The notes below the pieces were generated by a model. It made no database searches, was not told the DNA's origin, and worked only from the letters and a program-made list of their open reading frames with translations. The translations under genes were made by a program, and so were the position numbers. DNA of 64,000 nucleotides from Heterodontus francisci. Taxonomy: Eukaryota. Location of the stretch: the NCBI RefSeq assembly GCF_036365525.1, contig NC_090406.1:33524623-33588622 (forward strand), in the 5' to 3' direction. Of the stretch, positions 49,146-61,054 are shown piece by piece (position 1 is the stretch's first letter; each line of letters starts with the position of its first letter).

Positions 49146-49712
49146 GGGCTGGTGGAACTATATAAATATATGAATTCATTCTTTTATAATCATTAGCAAT
49201 TAATGAAAAGCTTTAGTAACATCGGACAGCAGATTCTTCGTGTGCTTAAATGTAACCATCCTCACCTGAGTGGCATAGGGAAACTTGTAGTGGTTGGGTT
49301 TAACCCAGTGGGTTAGACACGGGCCCTTTGTCATTAGGGGCTTTGGTTCAATTCAAGACCACACAGAGGGGATTTTTCCAATTTGAAATAACTTTGGCCA
49401 GTCTCAATCCATATTTAGTCGGCTGGGACCTACAGTTGAAAATTGCCCCCAATTGGCACAAGGTGCCTGAGAGACAGATAAAGTTACATGGGTACGCTTG
49501 CTGAGCTTGGGGCCAAGATATATTATTAGGAAGAGTGGCAGGAGCTTCACTCTGATCGATGCTATTTATACCTGATCTGAAAATGCTTGATGCTGCCGCT
49601 GAAAGCTTCAGGTGATCCACTGCTGAACCTGATCATCCTGACATTTTCAGACAATACAGAGGGGACCTGCAATTTTGGTCCCTAATGCTCACTCACTCTT
49701 TGTTTTCTTCAG

Positions 49713-49916
49713 CCACAGACAAGGTGGCCCTCCTGATGGGGAACATGAATTATTTACACCACAAGCAGCTGAAGGCTCCAATGGTAGATGTGCATGAGCT
49801 CACAAACCTCCTCCGACAGCTCAACTTCAAGGTTGTGTCTCTGCTCGACCTCACCAGACTCGAGATGCACCGAGCTGTGAATGAATTCCTGCTGCTTCTT
49901 GACAAGGGAGTATATG
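49713..49916 (+). CDS. malt3: Paracaspase caspase-like domain exon
   Basis: ATDKVALLMGNMNYLHHKQLKAPMVDVHELTNLLRQLNFKVVSLLDLTRLEMHRAVNEFLLLLDKGVYG. Confidence 0.96.
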
Positions 49917-50433
49917 GTAACCTACACACTAACTTTTCCACCCCAGATATAAATGGGTACACCCCCCCCCCCCACTCCCCACCCCCCCTGCCCCCCCACA
50001 ACTTTCTGGGTTTGACCCTCTTCTTCTGAAGCTGGCACAGTTCCATGGGCTCTGGCAGTCTTCTGCCAGCTCTTCATTCCTTGAGTGTTGTCGGGGTATT
50101 TGACCGTGTCAGGGGCAAGCTCAAGTGATCCTGTTCTCAACCGGTCTCCGCATACTTGCTTCCCAGCAGGAATTACTGGATTGTGACCAGGAACAGTAAA
50201 CCGGCCTGATTCTCTGCTCACTATTGGAGCAGTGCTGGAATTAATCGTAGCACCAATCATTGCAGCTTGGGCTCAGATCAGCCAGATTAGCACAGGCTGA
50301 GCTTTGATGCAGGGAGTCTGTGTTGTTGTGGGGGTGGGGGGTGATGCAGGGTGTCTGTGTTGTGGGGGGTGCAGTGTGTGACACAGGGTGTCAGTTTTTA
50401 GCGGGAGTACCTGATTATTCACTTCCTCCTCAG

Positions 50434-50611
50434 GTTTGTTTTACTACGCCGGACATGGATATGAAAACTTTGGGAACAGCTTAATGGTTCCCATTGATGC
50501 TCCGGGTTCCTACACATCCAAACACTGCCTGTGTGTCCAGAACATTCTGCAGCTGATGCAGGAGAAACAAACTGGGCTGAACGTCTTCCTCCTCGACATG
50601 TGTCGCAAAAG
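50434..50611 (+). CDS. malt3: Paracaspase catalytic exon (His and Cys of the dyad)
   Basis: GLFYYAGHGYENFGNSLMVPIDAP..QEKQTGLNVFLLDMCRKR. Confidence 0.96.
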
Positions 50612-50699
50612 GTGCGGAAATTAAGGGAGAATTTCATTCTTGAACGTTTTCTGCTGAATTTCTGTGTTCAGCAGTGTTGGGGGAATGTTTCAGAGTCAC

Positions 50700-50900
50700 C
50701 ATCAAACACACCGAGGGCAGGTACAACACGGGTTAGATGTGGAGTAAAACTCTCTCTACTGCCCGTGAAACACTTCCAAGGCTGGTGTGGTGCAGGTTAG
50801 ATACAGAGTAAAACTCCCTCTACTATGCTGCATCAAACACTCCCAGGGCAGGTATAGCACAGAACAGATATAGAGTAAATCTCCCTCAATGCTGTCCCAC
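50700..50900. repeat. Tandem repeat of about 66 bp, 3 copies
   Basis: AAACAC..GGGCAGGTA..GTTAGAT..GAGTAAA.CTC.CTC repeated three times. Confidence 0.7.
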
Positions 50901-51214
50901 TGTGCAGCCAGGTTAGAGAATGACAGGTTGCACAGTTCACAGCTACATTTGAGGGTATAGTTTCCTCCCTTTCCCAATACTTGGGCTGAAGACCATCTCT
51001 GGTGTGATTATTTTTAAATTTCCCATCTTGTGGCCTCTCTCAGTGAGATTGTTACTTGACTAGCAAATCAGGTGCAGACCTATGCTGTAGGCCCATGTCC
51101 ACTAGGAATTGGGTTGAGAGTTTGTCGGAAATGTGAAGGTTTTTCATTCCCCATCACAAACTTCCCTCGCCTTGATCAACATAAAGCTTACTGGGAAAAA
51201 CAAACGACTTTAAG

Positions 51215-51480
51215 AAATAAAAACAGAAAATACTGGAAATACTCAGCAGGTAAGGCAGCATCTTTGGAGAGAAAAGCAAAGTTAACATTTCAGACCGATG
51301 ACCATCCATCAGAAATGGAAGATGTGAGACAGGAGCAGCTTTTAAGCAGATACAGAGCCAGGTGTGGGGGAGGTGGATGGAAAGAACAAAGGCAGAGGTC
51401 AGTGATGGGGTAGAGGGCAGGAGCAATTAAATGACAAAAAGGGATGATGGTGCAACACAGAATGGGCTGATAATGGGATC
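51215..51480 (-). mobile_element. Penelope-like terminal fragment
   Basis: AAATAAAAACAGAAAATACTGGAAATACTCAGCAGG..GTTAACATTTCAG..CATCAGAA. Confidence 0.7.
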
Positions 51481-51533
51481 AGAGGATGTTGAAATCTGAC
51501 TATAAGGACTTCTTTGTAACTCTACCTTCTCAG

Positions 51534-51608
51534 GAATATGCATGACAAAATCATTCCGCATATGGAAGCCTTGAGAGTCACAGCAAATATTGTCTATGGT
51601 TATGCCAC
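51534..51608 (+). CDS. malt3: Paracaspase caspase-like domain exon
   Basis: NMHDKIIPHMEALRVTANIVYGYAT; 75 nt; AC|GTAAGC donor. Confidence 0.93.
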
Positions 51609-51709
51609 GTAAGCAGTTCTCTTGTTCTTTATCCTCAAACTTTAGTCAGTCTAATTTTGTATTTATTTATAGTGCTAGCAGTAGCCTGACTTCAGCCACT
51701 GCATTGTGA

Positions 51710-51880
51710 TAGAAAGAAAGAACTTTGATTTATATCGTGACTTTCACAACCTCAGGACATCCCAAAGCACTTTACAGCCAATTCATTACTAAAGTGCAAT
51801 CACTGTTGTAATGTAGGAAACGAGTGGTCAGATTGTGAACTGCAATGCAATGATGACCAGATAATCTGTTTCATTGATGT
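51710..51880 (-). mobile_element. Deu-domain SINE 3' fragment
   Basis: AAAGAAAGAACTT..CTTTCACAACCTCAGGACATCCCAAAGCACTTTACAGCCAAT. Confidence 0.7.
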
Positions 51881-51884
51881 CCAA

Positions 51885-52800
51885 TGGTGGTTCTATATCA
51901 GGCACTTGCCCAGGTGGTGGTCCTATAACGGGCACCAGTCCAGGTGGTAGTCCTATACCAGGGGCAAGTCCAGGTGGTGGTCCTATATCGGGCGCCAGTC
52001 CAGGTGGTGGTCCTATACCAGGGGCAAGTCCAGGTGGTGGTCCTATATCGGGCGCCAGTCCAGGTGGTGGTCCTATACCAGGGGCAAGTCCAGGTGGTGG
52101 TCCTATATCGGGCGCCAGTCCAGGTGGTGGTCCTATACCAGGGGCAAGTCCAGGTGGTGGTCCTATATCGGGCGCCAGTCCAGGTGGTGGTCCTATATCG
52201 GGCGCCAGTCCAGGTGGTGGTCCTATATCGGGCGCCAGTCCAGGTGGTTGTCCTATATCGGGTGCCAGTCCAGGTGGTGGTCCTATATCGGGCGCCAGTC
52301 CAGGTGGTCGTCCTATATTGGACGCCAGTCCAGGTGGTGGTCCTATACCAGGGGCAAGTCCAGGTGGTGGTCCTATATCGGGCGCCAGTCCAGGTGGTGG
52401 TCCTATATCGGGCGCCAGTCCAGGTGGTGGTCCTATATCGGGCGCCAGTCCAGGTGGTTGTCCTATATCGGGTGCCAGTCCAGGTGGTGGTCCTATATCG
52501 GGCGCCAGTCCAGGTGGTCGTCCTATATTGGACGCCAGTCCAGTTGGTGGTCCTGGACAGGGGTCAGACCAGGTGGTGGTCCTGTACTGGGGGCCAGTCC
52601 AGATGCTGGTCCTGTACTGTGGGCCTGTCCAGATGGTGGTCCTGTACAGGGGTCAGACCAGGTGGTGGTCCTGTACTGGGGGCCAGTCCAGGTGGTGGTC
52701 CTGTACCAGGGGCCAGTCCAGGTGGTGGTCCTATATTGGGGTTCACTCCAGATGGTTGAACTATATTGTTTGCCAGTCCCGGTTGGTGGTCCCCAGGTGA
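51885..52800. repeat. 30-bp minisatellite (GGCGCCAGTCCAGGTGGTGGTCCTATATCG), about 30 units
   Basis: Tandem array with a homogeneous core and diverged flanking units. Confidence 0.96.
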
Positions 52801-52925
52801 GGCTGTAATGTAAATGGGGAGTGAGAGGCCGAGTGACAGCCATTAATCAACCCCTAACTACGTGGGTAGGTTATTTCAGAGAGTGTTAATGATCCACAGG
52901 CTTCTCATTTATTGAATTTTTCCAG

Positions 52926-53053
52926 TTGCCCAGACGCAGAGGCATATGAAATCAGCCAAGGAGAACTTACAAATGGGATTTTCATCAGCTTCCTGAAGAA
53001 ACGTTTATTGGAGGATGAAAAAATCACTGTCTTGCTGGATAAAGTTGCAGAAG
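52926..53053 (+). CDS. malt3: Paracaspase caspase-like domain exon
   Basis: CPDAEAYEISQGELTNGIFISFLKKRLLEDEKITVLLDKVAE; 128 nt. Confidence 0.94.
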
Positions 53054-53974
53054 GTGGACTGGATTTTACACGAAGATTAAAGCTGTCCCTCACCCAGTGG
53101 GTTAAGACTATGCTCAATTGGTAGTGAGCCACACAGAGCAGGAAAGGTCACAGGCTAAAGAAGGCGGTCATTTCTCCGCCCCCCCCCCCCCACCTACACA
53201 GCCTGTTACTGTTCTTTATGGTCACCTTGTACTTGTCCAGTCTGGTATATTAATCCATCCCCCTATTGGCCTGGGATAGTCTTTCTGCCTGTCCATTCTT
53301 CCTGATACTGGGATCTGTGCCCATATCATTGGTGTTCGGTTGGGGGAGGGGTGAACTGTGACCCTTGATTGTCTACTAGCCCGGCTCCCAACTGGATTTG
53401 GTTTTGGATTTGGCCTATCCAAGTGGAAAGAAAAGATTTCTTCTGATTCATTTGGCGACTCTAGTGTGTCTCTGTGGACACTGTGATACAATAGGGGATA
53501 AGCAGTTTCCTCCTGCCCTGCAATCTGCACCCCCTCCCCCCCATGCCCAGGTGCAGTTTCACAGGCACCAGCTGCTCTTTGGTATCTTATTCAAATTGTC
53601 ATTTTTAATTTGGATTGCTCCTGGGCCTGCTACTGTGCGCAATTCAGCACTAAGAGTGGTTAATTTAAACATTGAGCTGTCTGCAGAGCATTTATGTTCT
53701 GTTTTCAACCATTAAATGATCTTTTGCTCCAAAAATGAAGCTTATTAAATCATTGCATCACTACACTGGGATTTCCCGTCCCAACAGGAAGTGCTTGTGA
53801 CATATCTCTACCTTCTTGCTGCAGTATTGCTGCTTTATCTACATCTTCATCTACACTGTTTAACCTGCCCATCTCATCCTCTCTTTCCCTGTTACAATAT
53901 CTCAAAGTTTCAGTTTCTCACCAGTTTCGAGTCTCCAAGTGGCATCAGTTGCTTCCTGCCTGCTGACTATATAA

Positions 53975-54992
53975 TTAGGTTGCATTTGCTGACAACGGAA
54001 CCACTAGGTGGCGCAGTACTAGCACCTGCCCAAATGCAGCCTCTTCCACTGAAACATCACTGTCTGCGACGTTCAGGCAGCTGCCAGGATTAAAAATGGC
54101 GCTGCTCAATTTATCACAGAAAAACAACTTCAACCCGAAAATCCCCTCAATTGCTGCCATCGCTGCCTCCATCCCACCCCCAACAGTTCGCTCCTGCCAT
54201 TGCGCTTTTCTCTGTTGGTCCCTCCTGCGCCTGTCTTCTCACTGCTGGCTCCCTGGCCTTCCCTTAAGCACTCACTACAGACCCATCGTTTTCCCCCCTC
54301 CCTCAGCCGCTCACTCCAGACCTCGCCACTGCTCCCCCCTTTCTCCTCCCCTCGGCCAATTGTTCCCCGCTCCTCGCTTCCCGCCCCCTACCTCCAGACA
54401 CTAGCTCCAGGCCATGCCACTTCCCTCCTCTCGGCCACTCATTCCCACGTTCAATCATTCTCTGCGCGCCGCCCGAAGAAGCAAGGCGAAGGGTGATGGG
54501 GCGATGTAGGTGCTAGTGGCCGAGAGGAGGGAAGCGGCGCAGCCTGGAGCTAGTGGCTGAAGGAGGTGGGGGGAAAGCGGGGAGCAAGGGGATGGAGAGC
54601 GGGGTGGGGGGGCGGGAAGCGGGGAGCAATCGGCCTAGGGGAGTGGGGGTAGCAGTGGCGAGGTTGAGAGCGAGCATCTGAGGGGGAGAAGCAATCGGTG
54701 GGGGGAGGGGGAGAAACATCGAGGGCTGGAGCGAGTGATCGAGGGGGTAGAGTGGCCAGTGGGGCAGGAAAGAGTAGCTGAGTTGGGGGGAGCGAGTGGC
54801 GGGGATCGAGGTCGAGCCTCAAAGTGCCCCATTCAGCCGCTCGATGACATTGGCGTTACGCAATGACGTTTTCCCATGCATGCGCCAATTAGTCCTGGCA
54901 AGATGTAGGATGCGCATGCGCAGCATCTCACTGAGAGCAGGAGACCGAGCGTGGAACGCTCTGATGACGTTGCATTGTCAGGAGTCACTTTG
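53975..54992. mobile_element. Unclassified GC-rich element with a large internal inverted repeat
   Basis: 54401-54439 is the near reverse complement of 54514-54553, and similarity extends outward. The terminus 54850-54992 recurs inverted at 63611-63780. Confidence 0.55.
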
Positions 54993-56689
54993 ATATCATT
55001 ATTGCCCTTTCAGCCTCATTTTCTCTCTCTCTCTATTAACTTAGATGTGAAGTCTCTCACTCTCTCCGTTCATGTCACCATGCAATGTATCTCCAAGGAT
55101 AGACAATTTGCTTTCAGGCCTTGCCCAATTCCAGCATTTAGCTGATAACTAATAATGGTTTTCCTCTTTCCCTCCTTTCTCCCTCTCTTTATCTCTCTTT
55201 TCTTCTCCCCTTTCTATTTCTTTCTCCCCTCTCCTGCTCAAAGGCTCTGTTATCCCTCTGGCTTCTTCTCTTACGTGTTGTTCTCCTTCCCCCTTCCTTT
55301 AGCCCCCCTTCCGCCAGCTCTAGCTACACTTTTCCAACCTTGGATTTTCACCTCCCTGATTTACCCTTGTTTCTGTAACTCCAGTATAAAGACTTTTTTT
55401 TAACCCTTTTTTGTAAATTTTGTACTCGTCAAAACTTATCAGCCTACAGTGGTTAGGTACAAAAGAAAAGCTCCCTCTACACTGTCCCAAACAATGGGGC
55501 TCAGTCTCAGCGTCAGAAGAGCACACCCTTGTGTGACTTCACTGACCATCTTGTGACCTCGGTCTGGAAGACTACCTATTTAACCTTCGCCCGCTAGAGA
55601 CCGGCTCAAGACAGTAAAACTCATTTCCTGTAGCACCCAGCAGCCAACAGGCAGGGGAGACTTTGATCCAGGAGAATGGGATGGATTTGAGTTGATGCTG
55701 GGGCCTAGAGATGAGATGGCAGTGTTTGTTTTTTTCCCACCGTTCTCTTAAATTTGATTCTCTCCCTTCACCCCCGGCCTAGGGTTGCCAGTCCTAGGAA
55801 TATCTAGGAATTAAAGATCCTGGGCACTGTTGTTCACAACCCAGGTGAAAAATCATAGGAGCATTGAAAAAAAAATTACTTGCCATTTTCATTTTCTTTG
55901 AACACTTTTGTTTATTATTGTTTATCGAAATATTGGATTTAGGAAAAATGCTGGTTGATTATACATAGCGATCGGAGACAGGTGATCATGTGTTGAAACC
56001 TCGCAAAAATATGTCCAACTAGACTTGGCAGCTATATCATGGCCTGTCCCCCTCCTTCTCACTCCTGGCCTGTTATTCTTGTCCATAAAGAGTGTTTGAT
56101 GTAATTTAACAAGACCAGGATTGGTTGCTAAAGGCTATGGCTGCTGATCTCCCTTTGAGGAGACAGTACTGTAGCCAACACTGCTGTGTAGGCACAGTAT
56201 GCTATTTTGGAAAGTGTACAGCCGTACTCTGCCTCCTCTTCCTCCTCCCTTCAAACCTGCAGCTCTCCAGTTCACAGAGCCCCTCTACTTCTACCCTTGT
56301 CATCAGTTTCTACTTGAAATAATTCTTGTTCCCCTCATTCTTATCATACAATCCTCTATTCCTCTGGTAATTATTCAGTTTAATTTAGTTTCATTCTGAA
56401 AATGTCCCTTAAATATCGTTGAGTGTTTTCCCTTTAAATTTAACACAGTGTGTTTCCTCATTTTCTCTTTTTTTGCTTTCATTTGCTTTTTGCTTCTGCA
56501 CCCTTATCTTGTGACTGGTTTCCTTGCCTGGTGTTGTAGCAGCTCGCAAATGGAAGGTTTGTTCCTGCAGTGCAGAATGGCCCGTTCAAGAGAGGATGGA
56601 TTGGCCAGTTTCCAGTAAAAGGTGACAAGGATGTACCCAGACTAGATTCAGTTGTCCCAGAGACCTAGTGCTGTGTATGAATGACAGAT

Positions 56690-57895
56690 TGCTGTGTTCA
56701 GCTTCTATCAAAGCTTCATATATAAGTCACAAATGACATCCTATTTGACTGTGATAAAGGTAGACTATATCTCATGGTCCATCTCGACTTGTCTGCAACC
56801 TTTGACATGGTTGACGACATTATCCTCCTCCAACGCCTCTCCACCTAACTCCTCCCACTCCTGCACTGTTACCTGTGGTGTCCTCCAAGGATTTATCCTT
56901 GGCCCCCTCCTATTTCTTATCTACATGCTGCCCCTCAGTGACATCATCTGAAAACACACCATCAATTTCTGTATGTTGACAACATATTCAGCTCTCTCTC
57001 ACCACCACCTCTCTCCATTTCTCCACTGTTGCTAAATTGTCATATTGCTTGTCCAACATCCAGTACTGGATGAGCAGAAATTTAATTCAATTGCATATCG
57101 GGAAGCTCCAAACTCCATTCCCTAGTTACCGACTCTACTTGCCATCCTGTTTGAGGCTGAATCAGACTGTTCGCAAACTTGGTGTTTTATTTGAGCCTGA
57201 GGTGAACTTCCGACCCCATATCCATACCACCACTAAGACTGTCTATTTCTATGACTGTAACCTCGCCTGATTCTGCCCCTGCCTCAGCTCATCCACTGCT
57301 GAAACCCTCATCCAGGCCTTTGTTACCTCAGGATTTGACTATTCCAATGCACTTCTGGGCGGCCACACATATTCTACCTTCCGTAAACTTGAGGTCGTCC
57401 AAAGCCCAGCTACCTGGGTTGTCACTCGCATCAAGTCAAGTTCACCCATCACCCCTGTGCTCGCTGACTTACATTGGCTCCAGGTTAAGCAACGCCTCAA
57501 TTTAAAAATTATCATCCTTGTTTTCAAATTCCTCCATGGCCTGGTCCTTCCCTATCTCTGTAATCTCCTCCAGCCACACAACCCTCCGAGATCTCTGAGT
57601 GGCTCCAATTCAGGCCGCTTGTGCATCCCTAATTTTAAACATTCCACCATTGGTGGCTGTGCCTTCAGTTGCTTAGACCCTAAGCTCTGGAATTCCCTCC
57701 CTAAACCTCTCCGCCTCTCTACTTCTCTTTTCTCTTTTAAGAAACTCCTTAAAACTGACATCTTTGACCAAGCTTTTGACCATCTGACCTAATATCACCT
57801 ATGTGGCTCAGTGTCAAATTTTGCTTTATAATGTTCTGTGAAGCACCTTGTTATGTTAAAAGTGCTATGGAAATACAAGTTGCTGTTGTTGTTCA
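56690..57895 (+). mobile_element. L2 LINE 3' portion
   Basis: CGVLQGFILGPLLFLIYMLPL; LADLHWLQVKQRLNLKI; tail AAATACAAGTTGCTGTTGTTG. Confidence 0.85.
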
Positions 57896-58254
57896 CAATC
57901 ACCAGGACGGGCTCGGTAGAAGCTGACTCCTTCCAATAGTTGAGCGTCCAGAGTGAGTCGGCAAAGATGCAAGAATAAATGTAAGAGATTTAGACCAGAG
58001 AGCAGGAGAAATGTCTATACACAGAGTCCTGAGGTTGTGGAGTTAACTTCCAGGTTTAGTTGCTGAGGCAGATACTGTCAACATACAAGGTGAGATTGGA
58101 TATGTGGATGAAGGAAAAGGGGATGAAGAGATATGAGAATAGGGAGGTAAATTTGATTAAAACTATCTACTGGCATGGAAGATAGAAACTGACACAGACT
58201 TGCTGCGCCAATGGCCTTTTTCTCTTTTCCAACTGCTAAGTATGTATTAACAAA

Positions 58255-59540
58255 ATCATAGAAACATGGAAAGTTTACAGCACAAAAGGAGGCCATTCAG
58301 CCCATCATGTCTGTGCCAGCTGATAAAGAACGATCCAGCCTTATCCCACTTTCCAGTTCTTAGTCCGTAGCTCTTTAGGTTACCGCACTTCAAGTGCATT
58401 TCCAAGTATTTTTCAAATGTGACCAGGGTTTCTGCCTCTACCACCCTTTCAGACAGTGAGTTGCAGATCCCCACCACCGCCACCCACCCCCCCCCCCCAA
58501 CCCCCATCCCCATCCCTCTGGGTGAACAAGTTTCCCCTCAACTCCCCTCTTATTCTTCTACCAATTACTTTAAAATCTATGCCTCCTAGTTATTGACCTC
58601 TCTGCTAAGGGAAATACGTTCTTCTTATCCACTCTATCTAGGCCCCTTATAATTTTGTACTCCTCAATTAAATCTCCCTCCTCTGATCCAAAGAAAACAA
58701 CTCCATCTGTTCCAATCTTTCCTCATAGTCAACATTCTCCAGTCCTGGCAACATCCTTGTTAATCTCCTCTGTACCCTCTCTCATGTGATTACCTATTTC
58801 CTATAATGCGGTGACCAGAATATGGCATGCAGTACTCTAGCTGTGGCCTAACCAGTGTTTTATGCAGTTATTGCATAACCTCCCTGTTCTTATATTCTAT
58901 GCCTCAGTTAATAAAGGAAAGTATCCTGTATGCCTTGTTGACCACCTTGTGCCTACCACTTTCAAGGATCTGTGGTCATGCACTCCAAGGTCCCTCTATT
59001 CTTCAACACTTCTCAGTATCCTACAATTTATTGTGTATCCCCATGCTTTCTTTGACCTCCCCAAATGCATTACCTCCCACTTCTCTGGATTCAATTCCAG
59101 TTGCCACTTTTCTGCCCACCTGACCAGTCCAATGATATCTTCCTGCAGTCTACACTATCTACACTTCCTCACTATCAATCACATGACCAATTTTTTAATC
59201 ATCTGCAAACCTCTTAATCATGTCCCCTACATTTAAATCTAAATTATTGTTATATACCACAAAACGCAAGGGACCTTGTATTGAGCTCTGTTGCACCCCA
59301 TTAGAAACAGCCTTCCAGTCACAAAAACATCGGTCAACCATTGCCCTTTGCTTCCTTCCTCAGAGTCAATTTTGGATCCAATTAGCCACTTTACCCTTGT
59401 ATCCCATGGGCTCTTACTTTTCTGACCAGTCTGCCATGTGAGACCTTGTCAAAAGCCTTGCTAAAATCCACATAGATTATATCATACACACTACCCTCAT
59501 CGACCCTCCTTGCTACCTTCTCAAAAAATTCAATCAAGTT
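58255..59540 (-). mobile_element. CR1 LINE 3' portion, degraded
   Basis: Reverse-strand DFSKAFDKV and KWEVMHLGR remnants; tail at 58255-58320. Confidence 0.82.
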
Positions 59541-60019
59541 AGTCACACACGACCTTCTCTCTACTTCTCTGTTCTCTTTTAAAAAGCTTCTTAAAACTTA
59601 CCTCTGTGACTAACCTTTTAGTCACCTGTCCTAATATCTCCTTACTTGGCCCGGTGTCAAATTTTGTTTGATAACACTCCTGTGAAGTGCCTTGGGACGT
59701 TAAAGATGCTATTGTTGTTGCAGTCACTCCCTCAGGAGCAGAATAAATGCCACTGGTGTCCTACGTATGTCATGTGACCATGATTTGAAGCTCCTGCCAA
59801 AACTAGCAATATTAAAATAGGGAATTATCAGGAACGGAGTGGGAATTGGGGATGCTCCATTTTAAGTGCTTGCCTGCTCCATTCCGGCTGAGAGGGGGAG
59901 AGTTAGAATTCCCTGAGATTCACATGTAGACATGCAGTTGAAAAGGCCAACAAGCTGAATAAATGTTAAGAAACGCAATACTTTCTCCCATACTGTCTCT
60001 ACCCCTCTTACGATTTCAG

Positions 60020-60169
60020 ATATGGGGAAGTACGAACTTACAAGGGGAAGACAAGCTTTGGAGATCCGGAGCAGCCTGTCAGAGCGACGGTCATTGACAG
60101 ATGAGATTAACCCACCCAACTATCATGATGAGTATTCAGCCAGGAACCTGCAGTGGGCTAAGGCCCATG
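60020..60169 (+). CDS. malt3: Paracaspase exon (end of caspase-like domain and linker)
   Basis: DMGKYELTRGRQALEIRSSLSERRSLTDEINPPNYHDEYSARNLQWAKAH; 150 nt. Confidence 0.94.
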
Positions 60170-61054
60170 GTAAGAGAGAGTTGCTCATTCCTTTTAATGT
60201 TCCAATTTGTGTTGCATGATTTTCTGTCCAGAGAACTGAGCGTCTTGTGGCAGGGGAAAGTGATTCTCCTGGATTTGGCATCATTTTATCTTTCCATAAA
60301 TGTCTTTACTGGGGTAAGATATTTTAAAGAGCAAGTGTGCTCCTGTGTCTTGCCCAAGTGGCTACTGTTCACGTGGGATCCTAACGGTAAGTGTCAGCAG
60401 GCTGTTTGACGGCTATCACAGCCCCATCCGATGCTGTCTATACCTGTTGTCTACATGGGGCCCGATCTCTGGCAGACTTACTCTTCCCTAACCCAGGGTG
60501 CAAGGGCAATTAGAACCCCTACTGAAATCAGCCAACTTGGCACAGAGCGGGAATCGAACCTGAAACCTTCCTGTTCTGTGTGGCTCAGTATCACACTGGG
60601 GTGGTTCATTTAAAAAGTGAGTCACAAGTTTCCTGAGACATTAGAAGCAAACCAGTTGTTGGTGTCTAAATGGTGAAGCCACTTTAGTACAATCATTGTT
60701 TTAGCAACTCCGGGAATTGAGTTGTGGAAAGTAAATAACTCCCTGAGAGGACAGTAAAGCTAGTTCATGGAATCAGGCTTTCAAGAAAGATTCAGGAAGT
60801 ACATTTTGTTGTTTTCTTTGAAAAAAAGGGAAACTTTGCGGTGAAATTTTCAAGGTTCACGAGGGATTAAACAGAATTGATTGAGACAAATGAGGTGAAG
60901 TGCTCACAATGAGGTTAGGAGGAAGAAAGGAAAGCAGAGGGAACTTTTATATCAAGGGTGAAATGAAAGGAAGATAAACAGCAGTGACTGAGGATGCAGT
61001 GGTTAGGTGACAAGAAGCTTGGTTTTAACAGCTGGGTGAGGGCCCTGTGATGTG

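Noticed and set aside
51874-52808. 308-aa GASPGGGPIS elastin/silk-like ORF
   Set aside because: A 30-bp intronic tandem repeat, open in all three forward frames, lying between two exons that already join in phase.
54961-54975. CTGATGA as a possible hammerhead core
   Set aside because: No stem II or GAAA box follows.
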